Of a stretch of DNA of 64,000 bases, positions 22,100 to 36,400 are shown piece by piece. Within the stretch, counting starts at the first letter, position 1. The number at the start of each line of letters is the position of its first letter. The notes below the pieces were generated by a model, which ran no database searches, had not been told where the DNA came from, and saw only the letters and a list, made by a program, of their open reading frames with translations. A program made the translations under genes and the position numbers. The stretch lies in NCBI GenBank assembly GCA_004431415.1, contig QPMI01000048.1:124001-188000 (forward strand), in the 5' to 3' direction. This stretch comes from Cyanophora paradoxa CCMP329. Lineage: Eukaryota; Plantae; Glaucophyta.

Positions 22100-24200
22100 T
22101 TGCAATTTGCAAGACTATCCTGGCCTATAGCTAGTAGCTATTATAGCTTTTCTGCTGCTTTAGCAACCTATAGCTACAGCTGTTTGGGACTGATCATGAT
22201 GCGCATGCGCGCCGAGTCGCCGCCGACTCAGACTCTCGGTTTGAGATCTAGAGTTACCGTAGTACTAATATTACTGACCCAGTGGTACTACGGTAGACAG
22301 TGGTAGGATCTGGTGCTAGACTGCTTAGTCACTGCTAGTACGGACTGTACCGGCGTAGTATACTAGTAGCGCTAGCTACCGGTAGCCGCCGAGTTCGAAC
22401 TGCAGCAGGCCGGCGCCCGCAGTCACGTGCACTGACTCAGTGAGTGCCGCAGTACGCTGCTACTGTGCCGCTTAGTCTGTGCGCATGCAATGCCATGCAT
22501 ACGCTGCGATGATCATCGGATATCGATACGCAGCAGCAGCTGCAGTCACTGAGTGCTGCAGAACGTCGACAGTACTAGCGGTCAGTGCCGCAGTGCCGCC
22601 GACTGTGCCGGTCACCGGGTCTGCCTGGCAGCACTGCGGCAGCATGCCATATGCATCATGCATCATGCATGATGCAGCCTGCCAGGCTGGCAGGTGGGAG
22701 CCTCACGGCAGTCACTAGTACGTACAACGGTATACTGAGTGCGCGCGGCGCCAGAAATACGTACCGTAGAGTCGGCGTAGACTTCAAGGCTTGTCCGTAC
22801 TACTCCGTAGTACCATGGCCAGTTCCGTAAAACATTTAAGAACAATGCGCGCACTTAAGTAATGCGGTACATAATTAATGCATTTTTCGCTGGCAAAACA
22901 CATTAATTCGGGGGCGTATTAATATCGAAGCGCTAAGCCGTAAGCCCGCGCAAGAAAACTGCGGTATGTACCCCCCTCAGGCAGCCAGAAGGCTTAAAAA
23001 CGCATTTATTTGGGGGCGCATTATTAAATTAACCATATGCATACTAGTACAGTCGCCCCATGAATCGTGTAATTCACGTTCACCCGGTCAACTTCACCCA
23101 AGCGATTGAAATGAATTCGCACACACGTACCGAGACAAATGGCTTTTACCGATATTACAAATTAAATTAAAAAAACAAAATTAGAGATATAACTGAGGTG
23201 TCGATCTGTGTCCGGGGGGGGGGGGATCCAGGGTCAACTTTACCCAGTTCTAGAGCACCCAAAATTATTCCCGATCGACTCCCGGGCCACGTGCACTGTA
23301 TACGTAGTAAATCCCACCGTACTTGTGTGAATTTCGACGCTTAAGTCCGTGACGTCGTGTCGACACGTCCCACTGAAGAAATACTAGTACCAGACTACTA
23401 CAGTGGCACGTCCCAGTACTACCGGGTAGTACAGTGGCAGTACTAGCTATAGTACTACGGTATATATAACGTAAACATGTACAGCTGTACCCGAAAACCA
23501 AGATAGTCGATGTCGATATCGATGACGCAACAGTTTTACCCGTTTTCGTGATTTCCAAAGCAATTGAAAGTGACCCGACAGCTTTCATGTCGGCACATTT
23601 ATTGAATTTTCGCGGGTAATGAATTGAATATTCGAAATCACGATTTGATTATCATAGTATGGCACGAATCTCGCGCGCCGCACGATTTAGCCCGGCCTAC
23701 TAGCGGTAGCCTCCGGTAGGCGGCGATCGCGAGATTCGCGACTAGGCGCCGGTAGGCTGTAGCCTACTACTACTAGTCTACTAGTAGCCTCTAGTAGCCT
23801 AGTAGTGGCCCTCTACCGGTAGTGGTCCGGTACTACTGGTCCGGTAGTACCCGGGTAGCCTAGGCCTGCATCATTGATCATGACTCATGAGTCATGGGCC
23901 GGATTCATGGCACGCCGCAGTGCCGCAGTGCGCAGTGCGCGCGCACTGCCGCGCAGTGCCGCAGCGCGGGCCTGAGTCTGCGGCAGCCGCTGTACATGTG
24001 CAGCGATGATCACTGAGTCATCGGATGTGCTGCAGCTGTACATACTAACATAGTATGATACGTGTGAGTCACAGTACTAGTAAATCGCAGCATTAATTAT
24101 AATCACATCACACGTACACTGATCACAGCCTGGCAGTGATTAACATATCAGTGTCAGTTATAGTCACTGAGTGTTAATGTGCATGTCAGTTATAGTGTTA
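22100..24200. other. Intergenic tract of degenerate repeat/TE relics, rich in CTAG, GTAC, TGCA, (TAC)n/(TAG)n
   Basis: No credible ORF; dense short palindromes. Imperfect repeats ATT(A/T)ATT(C/T)GGGGGCG(T/C)ATTA at ~22902 and ~23004, and GGTCAACTT(C/T)ACCCA at ~23086 and ~23232. Confidence 0.5.
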
Positions 24201-24444
24201 ATATCATAGAGCTAGCGCTCGGCGCTCGCCGACTCGACGCCGAGTCCTCGGCGAGCCTCGGAGGCGAGCTCGAGGGCCCACCCGGCCCAGCGGCTGCCCG
24301 TCGCGCACGTGTGCCCACTGCCCACCGCTTATTATTCGTCGCTTAACGGCACAGCAAACCTGCAAGCTTGAGTTGAGCGTTGATCTATATCGATATCGGT
24401 TCATGTACGTAAACATATGCATGTGCAGCTCCGCACATAGATAT

Positions 24445-27400
24445 ATGCGCATGCATATGTGTGCGGAAGACGGCGCCGGCCCATGTGCACGTGCATTACA
24501 GGCGACTGTCAGCAGGCTTGGCGCGCCAAGCACCCGCGGCCGCGGCCGGGCCTCTTTCCTACGTATACGCGTATTCCTTCAGCTGCTCGCGGTGGTCGCT
24601 CTGGCGAATATCCCTGAGCTCGCCCATGGTCGCTTCCACGACGTCAATCGGCTTTCTGCAGCTGCAGCTGGGCCCGCAGCAGCGCAGACCCCCTCGTCGC
24701 CGCGCCATTCATATGGCCACGCGCACGGTCACGGCCACAGGTCCTTCCGCGAGCAGCGCGAGAGCAAGCGGCCTATTATGCTCGGCATTAAAGATCTATA
24801 CCGGCCGGGGTCATCTCGCAAGGTCGCCCACCCGCACCACGGCAGAGAGGTGCGCATGCGCGGCTGCGCTTCCTCCCGGGTCCGCCCCGAACAGCCAGCG
24901 GGCTGCCTCTGGATCACGATCATCCCATTATACATATACTTCTACAGTTGATGTTTTCCTAGATCATCCGTCGTCCGCGGTTCCCTGATCATGAGATTCT
25001 ACGTATATTAATATATACATATAGCTAAAGATTCGCCTGCAGCTGCAGCTGAGTCCGGCCTGCAGGTTCTGGCTTACAGCCAGAAGGTCGACACCATTGT
25101 CCACACGGGCCACCGCGTCGAGCTCGAGTACAAAGACGCGATCTTGAACGAGAACGTGCGCTCGCTCGACGAGACGGACGATGTCGAGAGCGTCTCCTGT
25201 GGGCCCGGAGTCCTCCGCATCCGCCCCGTGCACGCCGGCATCGCCAGGACTTTGACCCGTGGAACGCTTCTTGTGAGTCAAACGCTCTGCCGCGCCCAGT
25301 ACCAGCTAGCCGGCGCCTGAATTATATGCCCGATCGCGCCACGCGCAGGTCGGCAGCCAGCTGTGGGGTTGTGTTGATAAGCGGCGTTATTCTTCGCCTG
25401 GGCCGATCGACAAGCCAGGGCCCTTCTATCGGCGTGTCTTGGACTTCGTGCACACCAAACACGAGCTCGTCGTTTTCACCGACGACCGCGTCCAGTTCAA
25501 TGTTCGTGATTTTTAGGCGCCCCTGCTTATATATAATTAATATTAATACAATATTAATACAATTTCGCTTGCTGTAATGCCCCGGCCCTATTTCATGTAA
25601 CTTTTCCTACGCCTGCGCAGGATATGTTTGACGACGCGAAAATCCGTTTTAATCTATCCATCCCGGAGCACCTTGCGTTTCCGCGCTCAGGCCCCGAGCA
25701 CGCCCCCATTTACCGGCCGCGAGGATCTCGAACGCCCTCGGCAGTCTCGAATTTCCACAGCTTTGGGACCGCAGGGGTAAATCGAAGCGAGTTTCATTCC
25801 AAGCATCCTCACCATCATGATCACCATCACGGACGCTCTCCGAAGTTCGACGTGAACATCAAGTGAGTTTTTAAACACGTTTTTTTCAAGTGAAGAGATT
25901 TGATACTCATGAATAATTTTCTCAGTTACGGAATTAACCTTGCAGATGAATTGCTTGGATTCAGCATTGCCGACGTACTTCCCAATGGGGGAAACTTCGA
26001 CCGAGGAAGGCTTGAAGCGATTGAAAAGGACTTGATCATCTACAGTGCGCTATGTCCAGAAATCAAGATAGCGAGTCGCTTTACTGACGCACCGAAGACC
26101 GTAACAACGGACTCGTCTCTTGCAGGAACTGCTATTTCGACTTGTTTTTGGGTTGGTACATGCTGCTTGATGTCAATGTACCCGACATTTTTGGCTTCAT
26201 ACCTGTGGGACTTCCGACCCTTACTCGATTTGAGGTGTGCAAACTTTAATCCTTACAAGCGGCAATTGACGGCAAAATAAACGCTGACCGTCGATCAATA
26301 AATAGACTGGGCTGAATGGAAATTTCGCTTTCTCCGTCGGAGCCAGACTTCGGGTCGGAGAGACAGATGTGAGCCCTTGCAACTTATTGCGCATCTGTGC
26401 GCATCTGTGGTTTTGACTCTCAAGCTCAGGATTTACAGGAAAGAATAACCTTTATCCGCGAGCTGGACACCATTGCATCTCGCGCGGCAAAGAAGGTCCA
26501 GGAAAGCGCCGAGTGGTCAGAGTTCGTCATTCGGCAGCAGGAATACCTTGCGAGGTGAGGCGGCGTTTGCATGAGAATACCTCTCCAGCTTCCTTGTTGA
26601 TCCTCCCGCGTGCGTGCTTCAGCTGGATCCGAAACACAACAGATGGGAGCGGCATTGCTGGGCAGGACCGGGTCAACGCGACCTGGCGCGAGCGGGCTGC
26701 GGACGCTTTCGTAGATTCAGTCACTGGAGAATCGATCTGGGACCGCAGGGTTCGACTGATCATCAACGATGCACTCGATTCTGTCCGACAAAGAATGTCA
26801 AGTACAGTCGCCGAAGAATTTATCAAAGTTCGCGACGCAGATATTAAAGTTGTCCGAACTGGCACATACACGAGTGCAGACAATTCGCTGAGTCTTGCAG
26901 AGCTGAACCAGCAATTTGGCAACATTCTCCCACCAGACCTCGTCAAAATTCTGGAGAAGATAAAAAACTCAGCTGTTGAAAAAGGGTTAAGCTTCATTTC
27001 TGAAAACTTTTCCAAATACGTCGTCGAGCTCGCCAACAAGATGGACATGTTCAGCCCGGATATGTACAAACGGCTTCAAAATCACTTCAACCGGGAGGGC
27101 AAGTTCAGCAAGCTCTGGAAAACCGTCAAGCAGAAATATGCTGCACTAAAGAACTGGGCTAACGATCCGAAGAAGGCCATTAAAGACTGGGATCCCAAAA
27201 CCAGGAAGAAGCCCGCGAGCTGCAATCTGTCCGACGAGTTTGGTATTACCTGCTGCAAGTACGGCGTGATCAGCACGGTCATTGTCATCGTGCGCGGGCT
27301 CACTTGTATTTACACTCGGGCTGCTCACAGCTCGAAAATAGATTCCGTTCTGGATCGACCTATGCGGAAACTTGGACCTCGAATTCTTTACCAAGGTGGA

Positions 27401-30400
27401 CGCTCTCTGTGTGCTTATATCTTGAATTCATCATGTGGCTGACGATAATCGCATACTTGTACGTGCAACAGAACGGTAAGCTAACGGTGATTTTACTCTA
27501 GCTCGAGTTGCGTGATCGCTAATGAAAGGTTTTACGCAGAGGACATATTCGAATTTTTGTGGGAAGGGACGGGGGTGATGATGGGAGCGAAGTTTGGAAT
27601 TCGGGTGAGCCAGCCATTCGAGTGAAACAGCCAGCATACGTGCTGACTTTTGTGTATATAGTATACCCCGCAAAACGGAGTTGAATTGGTGAAGGAGACT
27701 TACTTCAAGAAATGGTTCCACGAGCCCCAGTACACGGTGCCTTTCGGGTCGTCGTCGTTCGACATTTTCGCCCGCATAGGGTTCGAAGTACGATTCTACA
27801 GCGCGCTCGGGGTGCGTACGCGCTTGAAGTGTGTATATGTTTACGTTGTACTCGTCGGCTTGACAACACCGTTTCGATTCTTTTTTTCAGGTCACTTTTG
27901 GACTCGGTGCATACTCCGTCGCTCCCGCAATATTATTTGTTGTACATGTTAATCGCTTCTGACCTTTTACTTCCCCTCCTTTCAGGGCCATTGGCGACCG
28001 TACAGACAGGGTGCGCAATATGCTGTAAATATTTATACGATAATCCAACTCGCGCCTGCCGCTTCTTGCAGATTTCCAGACCCATCGTGCTCAGGAATAA
28101 CCAATTCGCCTGAAGACTATTGGCATCACTACTTTTCTGTACGGGTCTGCAATGCTCATGCGTTATCAATGAAACTAATTAGAGCTTACATCCTTGTACA
28201 TGTACAGATTCAGTTTGGCCTTCGATTCTTTGCGGGCCTTCTTGTTGACATTGATCTTATCGTCTTTCAATTTCGCTGGAGAAAAGACTGGGAACTGGGG
28301 CGGGTAATGATAGGCCCGCAAATTGGCCCTTTCTGCATTCGCATTGAGCCAGGTGTCCACGATATCGATGGCAGTTTGAAGATCCGTTTTTGAAATTAAC
28401 ATTCTTGCGCGATTAGATGTCGCACCCTCCCTTGAAATTGGCGTGCTTGGAGTCACAGATGCCCAAGGTGTTGTACTCGCTGGCCGTCCCTTCACAGTCT
28501 TTGTCCAGCAGGTCCGTTCTCGAGACATCTGCGCTTCGCTTTAGAGCTTCCATCCGAATTATGCTTATAAATGTTTTGCAGCTTGCGGGGGATGAGGTTC
28601 ATTTCGATAAGCACCCTCTTCAGTGGATTGTATCTGGGCGTAATCTTGACTGCTCGGGACCGCTTTGTTTGACCTCCATTGCTGAGGCTGGCAAACATCT
28701 GGTTCAGGTTATTTATAACGGTAAGGCGCTTTTAAAGAGCCCAATCGAAGGTCTCGGCTCAGCTGGAGTTTTGTAGGGCGCCCCGGCTATGCCGAGGATT
28801 CAGTTGTCATCGATGTACAAAGTCTGTGCATGATACATGTTAATTCTCATTTCTCTGATCATGATCATGATCCGTGGCGCGCAGGAAGCGACATGTGGGA
28901 GACCATCATCAAGCAGCATGAGCAGTTTGCCAATTCTTTCAGAATTCTACTGCCAGAAATGACCGATACGGGGGTGGACACCCGCTTCTCCACCAGCGTT
29001 CTCGACTCCGCGTTCGCTCCTTCAGCAGTTTGGTCAGTGCGCCCGTCATGTTATGGCGGAAGGGTTAAACATGCATATATAATCAGGGCTTGTGATAACG
29101 ATTACTCCCCGATCGCAGGAGATGGGATTTCGTCTGGGTGGGTCTCCTCCTGCAAGGCTACCGCAACCCAATCGAAATCGACTTTCCCACTTTTGGGCGG
29201 TACATGATGTCTTAATTTGCACTACACGTTCTATACTATCCAATTAAATCCGTGCAATGATCAGATTTGATGTTCGCGTGTCCGCACGTTTCTTTGAACG
29301 GGTTTACACTGCACAGGGAGAAGTGACTGTCTTTCGTAAGTTTGCTGCGGACCGTCGCTGCTCTGCTCTGCGGTCCTCTTGCGTTTTATAAAAATGTATA
29401 CTAAACAATAGTCTTTCTCAGCCGGAATGCGAAAGCCAAAACTTCTCGTGCACAACTCGACCGTCCTCTGGGGCTCGACGCTCTTTGTGGAGGCAGTGGA
29501 AGACACGGCACCGGGACTTCTGAAAGTCGAAAAGTGGAGGTGGAGCTTCAATAAAGCAGATATGGGGGCATTTGGCGAACGATTCTTTAGGATTGCGATC
29601 TGCCAGAACGACAATCATGCAGGTTTGCAGCTGCTGATTGCTACTAACTTTGCTGCTAATCGAATGCATACGCATCGATTTAGTTGAAATTCGGGCTGAG
29701 AGTATGGCAAAATCGGTAACGAACTCGATATCCGTCCACGTCATTTCCTGGCCACCGCCGGAGATGTCCGTCCAAGTAACGTCCTGCAGCATGCAAATGG
29801 TATCGATACCGTTGCTTTAACATTGTATCCACCAGCGTCTTTGACGCTCTGGCAGGATTCTGCGCAGGAGTACTGGATTCGGTGCACGATATCGCTCGCG
29901 TTCCTGATACCGGCTGGAGCGCGTCCGAACGGCGTGGCGCTCAAGCTTTCCTTTCCGAACGAGCCTTCCCTCGCGCAAGAGGAGGCGATCCCTCTCGAAG
30001 AAAAGTGCGCAGCGGGCACAGTAGCTATAGATTCTGCGTTTTTCTCGCCGCGCTAATGATCATGATACCGCCGCTGCATGCAGAGTCGCATCTCCATACT
30101 CAGTCGGACTCAACTCATGTGGAGAGGGCCTTGTCAACAATACCCGCATCCATCGATCTTTCTCACGGTCTGGCTCACAGGCAAGCAGCTTTGTTAATGC
30201 ATACATCGTTCTAAAAACGCCGCCTCGCTTTGAACACTGCTCTTCAGACGGTCCTTCTCCGAGCAAGCAACAGAGCAGGCACAAGGCTGCAGAACGTAAC
30301 AATATATATCCCTGAAATACGGCCACAACGCGTTTTTATTCGCGTGATTGGCGCCCGCAAGACCGGAAATTCATTGCTAATCCTGGGAGAATCTGCTCCG

Positions 30401-33400
30401 CAATTCGTCCGCATTGCCAACCCGACGACTTGGAGCTGGCAAGCTCGCGTGGCCCCGGGTGGGCAGGTTATCGCCAGCCAGACAGGCGGGCAGCAAAGCT
30501 GGAGGGTTGCTTTCTCCAGCCCTGGCTGCTACAACATATCGCTCAGTGCCTCCAATACGGCCGGCGCAATGACCGTAGCTCGTACCGTCTGCATTTCCGG
30601 TCCGTGCGAAAATTGCTGCAGCTGGCTTCGTTTTTACTGAACGGGCCGCGTCGCTTAATATATATGCCGTCAGACTACGCGGGAATGCAGCTGGCGTTCT
30701 CAGGAAATTTCAGCCTTCCTTTAAATGGCTCCTCACATTTCGTCACTGGCGCGGCCTCAAAGATTGCGGAACGCGTGCTCCTGTCAGCAGCTCTTGGCAA
30801 TATTGGAATCTGGAGCATGAAGGGCGCCGCTGGGGAGACAGGCACATTTGAGGCTGAGGCCCGCAAATTCCCTTTATAATGATCCCTGCACTTTCATCCT
30901 CATTTTCTGATAGTATTTGCGTTCTTTAGATCGGTACTGAAGTCTCGACTGGAAACGCCGACGTCGGTCGCGGATTTGTGATAGGGTGCTCGAGCTCCAT
31001 TTCATTCATGCATTCGATTTGATTTCTGATCATGAGCGTTGCTTTACAGGCTATCGCGTTTGGGTTATTACAAGGAAGAGTTTGACACGCTCGAGCTCCT
31101 TGATCGGCGGCTGCAACCAGAATCGAATCTGGATTCGAAGCTAGAGCCCGCATCGTCTCAACGCATCCCCGTTCGAATGATCCCCCAAAGCCTGTCGATT
31201 TGCATCGAGGGGCTCGACTTGCGAGTCTATTGGCCGGCCCCGACTTTGCTCGCAATTCGGACCGCTTCCGATCCAGCTGTGCTGCGCGCTGGATCTGTTT
31301 TCGTGTCTGTTTCTCTCGCGGGGGGATCTCGTGCGAATATCTCCGTCGACGGGTTTCCACCTGTATCCGTCGCTCTCGCACTCGCCCCCTCAACCTCGTC
31401 TGTGATTGTGCCCGACGCATTCTGGTCTTGGACGGTGCAAGGCTACACCAGAAACGAGTTCGAGCATAAGCAGGCCGGCATTGATGTCCTTCGAGGCGGG
31501 TCGTATCTCTACAGCAGCAGCTTTTACATGCAAAGTCCGACTCAGATTCGGGCGCGACCGATTGGTGTGTTTGGGCTTCTTGCATGCATATGCGCGAGAT
31601 TCGATCGAGCTGACGCGCCATCGCTTGGCAGGCACTCCCGATTCGATACCAGTAGGCGTGCTTCTCGGGTACAAGCAAGACTCTCCGTCGGGCGTCTTCG
31701 GGGAAGCCGTAACCATGGGCGATGCGACGTTCGTGTCGGGGGGAACCCGCGCTCGGTTTGGCACCGCGGGACCAGCGGCCTGGGCTTGGCCAATGTTGCT
31801 GCCCGTCCGCCACTTTCGCCTGACCTTGAATTTCACCGCGCTGTGCAACACTTCGAGAACTGTTGGTTTCGCTTACACCGAGGGAAACACAACGGAAAGC
31901 ATTCTTTCTTTGTTGAACGCGTCAAAGCCTCTCTCGAGACCAGCTGTTGTCGTGCTGCTACACTTCTCAGAGCGGCCGCGCGTTCAGGTTCGAATTCAGG
32001 CCTCCGCATTCTGCGCGTCTCTTCCTTCCTTAGAGAGCTGCGTGCAGGTCGTGTACGCACGAAGAGAGCTCGGATCGATTAGGCGAGCAGTCTTCGAAGG
32101 AACCGCACTCCGAGCTTGCGCCTCAAGCCCCACAAGCGCAATACAAGGCGCGGCAATCGATGTCCTGCCGGCTTCCTCCGCTGCCTCGCGTAAACTCGAT
32201 GTGTTTTTCGATGGGGAATGTAAGCGGCTTGAATCCCAAGCCCCTATAGATTCAAGTCATCAGCCGATCATGATCCTGATGCGAGCGTAATTCGCACAGA
32301 TCTGGCGAAAGACATTGCACTCGATGTTTGGAGCCCCGATGTTAATTGGCGGATGGCTGTTCTGTCGATTCCATTGGGAGACAGCTTGTCGCCCCGTCCA
32401 AATTCCGCGATTGGAGCTGTCGAAGTCTCTGCGAACCTGGCTTATTCTCCGGAGGGTGAGCCATATCTAAATCATTGGTTCGCACGTGGTTCTAAATTAT
32501 ATACGCAGTGGCCTTCTTTGAGATCTTGAGTGTGCGAGTGACACCCGACTTGCTTGCGGATTCCCCCGTATACCTTTGGCACGACCGGCCTGCTGTGATT
32601 GAGGTTCTAGCTTCAGATCCCTACAATGTGAGCCCTTTTCATCCTCTCCTCGTTACATTCACAGTAATGTGCCATCGTCCAGATTTCACTGCAGCTTTCT
32701 TCTTCCGGCTGTGCAACAGCTCTCGCCTTTTTCGCAACCGTGCCGAAGGGGCAGTCGTTCCTGTCCTGGAGGCCCCTCATCGGGCCTGCGTGCCGTCTTC
32801 CAGCCTTCCCGAACCCCGAGCCTTTCAACCTTACCATGTGCCCGGACAACCGCGCCCTCTGCCAGAGCCGGAACGTCACTCTTCTCAAGGGTGCCAACTC
32901 TTTTCGCATATATTTATGAACTTATCTATCGATTAAATGCCTTTTTAAATTTTTTAGAGACAAGAGTAGACTGGGTCGAAGCGCCGCCTCTGCATTTGTA
33001 CACAAATCAGGCGTTGAGCTTTGCCTGGAGGGTCTACACCGCTTTCCAAACAACGCCAACAAAGGTTTGCTAACCTGCTCGCAAACTGCTTTACCAGCTG
33101 CTTATTCGTTCTTCCACGTTGGGAAGATGGACCTACAAGTGTATGATCGAAGCGGGGCGGGAGGGCAGCTTGCACTTCGAGAAACAGTACCGCTCACCAA
33201 TGCTTCGAGCTGGACAGTTAGCCTTCCGATTGCGCTTGGAGCAAAAGATGAGACGGTCGTTATGGTACAGTTCCTCCTCCTCAGCAGTTTGCCTCAAAAT
33301 TTAGAGATGCGTTTAGGTTTGCCTCAAGCCAGTGCCGGCGCCTGAGTCGAGCGATATCGGAGGTCGGAATGCTTGCGTGTCAACAATGAGACAAGTTACT

Positions 33401-36400
33401 CTTCACGCCGGTCCGAATGACCAGATGAAGCGCTATATTCAGGAATTCTTACCACTAACGGATTTCGCACAGCGGACCGTTTGACCATACTAAATCCTAC
33501 GACCGATATGGTCCACACCTGGCACACCCAGACTATATCATGGACTTACTGGAGCGCGTACGGCAACAGCAACTTCGAAGTTTCTTTTTTGTGGACGCAT
33601 CCAGATGCCGGCGAGTCGATGCAAACAATCAACATCCCTACATCCAGTGCGAAGACGATAAATGGAAACGAAATGCATCTCAATTGGACGGTACCCGGCT
33701 TTTGAACTAAAGCTGTCGAACGTGCAATGCAGTCTCTAAACTTCCTCGGCCGGCGCCCTTCGAATTCCTCAGGCACCAGTTCTCACTGGGCTTGTGAAGA
33801 GAAAAGCAGTCAGGGAAATCACGGGCGTAGTTAGAGTGCGTTTTGTGTCAACTGCAGCGACGCCCCCCGGAGTCCCGCTACCCCAAGCGTCGTTTAACCT
33901 GCGCATTCTCTGTAAGCTCGATCTGAAGGTCAATTTTGAGTCTCGATCTCATCTTTGCGCAGGGGACCTGGGAGTCTCGGTTTCGGAGCCGAAAGCAAGC
34001 AGTCCGGGCTTCCCCGACATCCTCTACCTTAGTGCAGCTGAAGACAGCTACTCATACGCTCTAAGATTCGCCTTGACCGGCGAATCTAAGATGCAAACCT
34101 TCGCGTACCCTGTTCTCGTCACAATGGAAAGAATGCAATCTGCATTTGAGGTGGCGAGTACTGAAAAGTACATGTGCGGCTTTCCAACATTTATATACAT
34201 GCTCCACGACAGCTGCATGTTGTAACTCGTTCTGCAGGATATGCGTCAAGCTAGGGCAGACCGATTCCGCGCTTCCCACATCGTTGACCGCTGCACAATG
34301 CTCGAGCGCGCTTCAGACCATGCAGCTACAGGGGCTTGTCGATCTCAGTCGCTGGACAACCAACGCTCTGGGGCAGTACGTCGCCGACTACAACACTCTG
34401 CGCACTCCAACATACAATTACTGGGACTATACAGTCGGCTTCCTGAACGGTTCGGGATCAAATGCGCTTTTTGATGGCACTGGTGCCGGCGTCGCGAGGC
34501 GCGGCATCGTCAGCCTGCAGCTCTTCCCCGGTCTCATCCCCGAGGGAGCCGACGACAGTGCGGACAGCTTCCGTCAAACTCGACCGAAAGTCGATCGAAC
34601 CTTCTACCCTCGTGAGCCACTCGATGTATTAGCTTTTGTTTTTCATAGGATCTCATATGCATGCATTCGCAGCGATGTGTTCAACATTCAAGACTGCCAG
34701 CACTCTTGGGGCCAAGATTGTTTCCACGTTGACTGATTCCCTGCGCCCTAAAAAGGGGGCGATTGGGGTCGGATACGGCTGCAAATACAAAGGCGCCGCA
34801 CAACCGTATGACAAGCCTACTGATCCTATCGGAGCCGAAAACATTTACACGAACAAGGTTTACTTCTGCTCTTGCACCCAGCCGGATCTCGTGGGCGGAG
34901 AGCGCAAGCTCGAGAGTGCGGCTCTGCTGTACCATAGGCTGTCGCTTGCGGAGTTTCCCCGAAAATCGTACCCCTACAAGGTGCGACACTGATGTGTATT
35001 TAATTTGCGCTTGCACAATCACAAATTGACCCTGTTTAGTTCGAGAGCACAGATATTTGCAAGGCGGCAGCGTTCGAATTCCGTTATGGCAGTGCCACTT
35101 TTACCAGAGATTCGACACCGCATTATGGTCCGTGCTGGCTCCTCGTGCTAGATCACCTTAATTTCCTGACGCATGCATCTCGTAGTTACGGGGTTCTCGT
35201 TGCATCACCTGGGGTACCACGATGCGTCTGGAAACTTTGTATCATACAGCGAGGCGCTGTACACGCCGCCGAATTACTTTTACTCTGCTACGGCTCCATC
35301 CTTTTCGGTGTCACCGGCAGTCAGTTGGTCGGCATTTGAGTTTTACAACCAGTGGTCTTGCCTCGATGGGAATAAGGAGTATCGGGAACTTTTCTTCCGC
35401 ATCTACAAGCAGATGAATTCGAATGCCGTCAAGGCGTTTGGTGCCGATCGCAATCCCCGCGAGCCTCCCGCGTTCAAAGGCTCTAAACCAGACGAACGGA
35501 CACCGATCCGACTCTCTTCAATTGCTCCGCTTCACGACCCACTTTCCGTTGTCATTCCTTCTGGCCGTTTCGCCGTCGCCAGTCTCACGGGCATGAACTC
35601 AACGTTGGCGTGCTCCACCAATTCGCAGCCTCTGATCGCTGAGGTGATCATGGCGAACAATTCCACCTTCGAGGACGTTTTGCTCCCGCTCACATTCTTC
35701 TGGGACTTTGGAGACGGCTCGTTTGAAACGCGCGCGGTTTCTGATACAGAGGACACAGTACATCACGTCTACAAGTACCCAGGATTCTACCTCGTCACTG
35801 TTTCTATATCACTGGCAGGAGAGAACTACACGGCCATAAGATACGTTGACGTTCAAACACCGCAGATCACGTTATCGGTTTCGACGGAGTCTGCAGCCTC
35901 AAACTCGCGAAGCATCGGCTTCACCTCGAGAACGATTCCGGCATTGGACCCCAGCTGCTGGAGTTCCTTGGCGGTCGTATATGATTTTGGAGAAACTGCA
36001 GGGTCGGCGTCTGCGATAAAGATGTCGAGACTGGACGAAACGATGTCGCATGAATTTTCCTCGCCTGGACGGTTCAACGTTTCCGCAGTTTTAGAGGCGT
36101 TTTGGGTCAGTTCTCCGGTTCGAGCAGAAGTGGGCGTATTCGTGCCGGGTCCGCGCATTTGTCTACTTCGGCCCGATGAACAATTTCTAATCGATATTGA
36201 TGAACACAGCACTTCCGCCTCGGGATATCGTTATCGCGCATGCCGGATCGCTTGTGGAAGGCGGATGCGCCATTTTGAGCGCCGATGTAAATACCGGGGA
36301 CGGTCCATTCAATTTTGAATGGACCATCGCATTGCCGGTGCGCAATAGAGAGGTTGGATTGAAGACATCAACGCTGACAAGCAGAGCAGAATGATACGTA

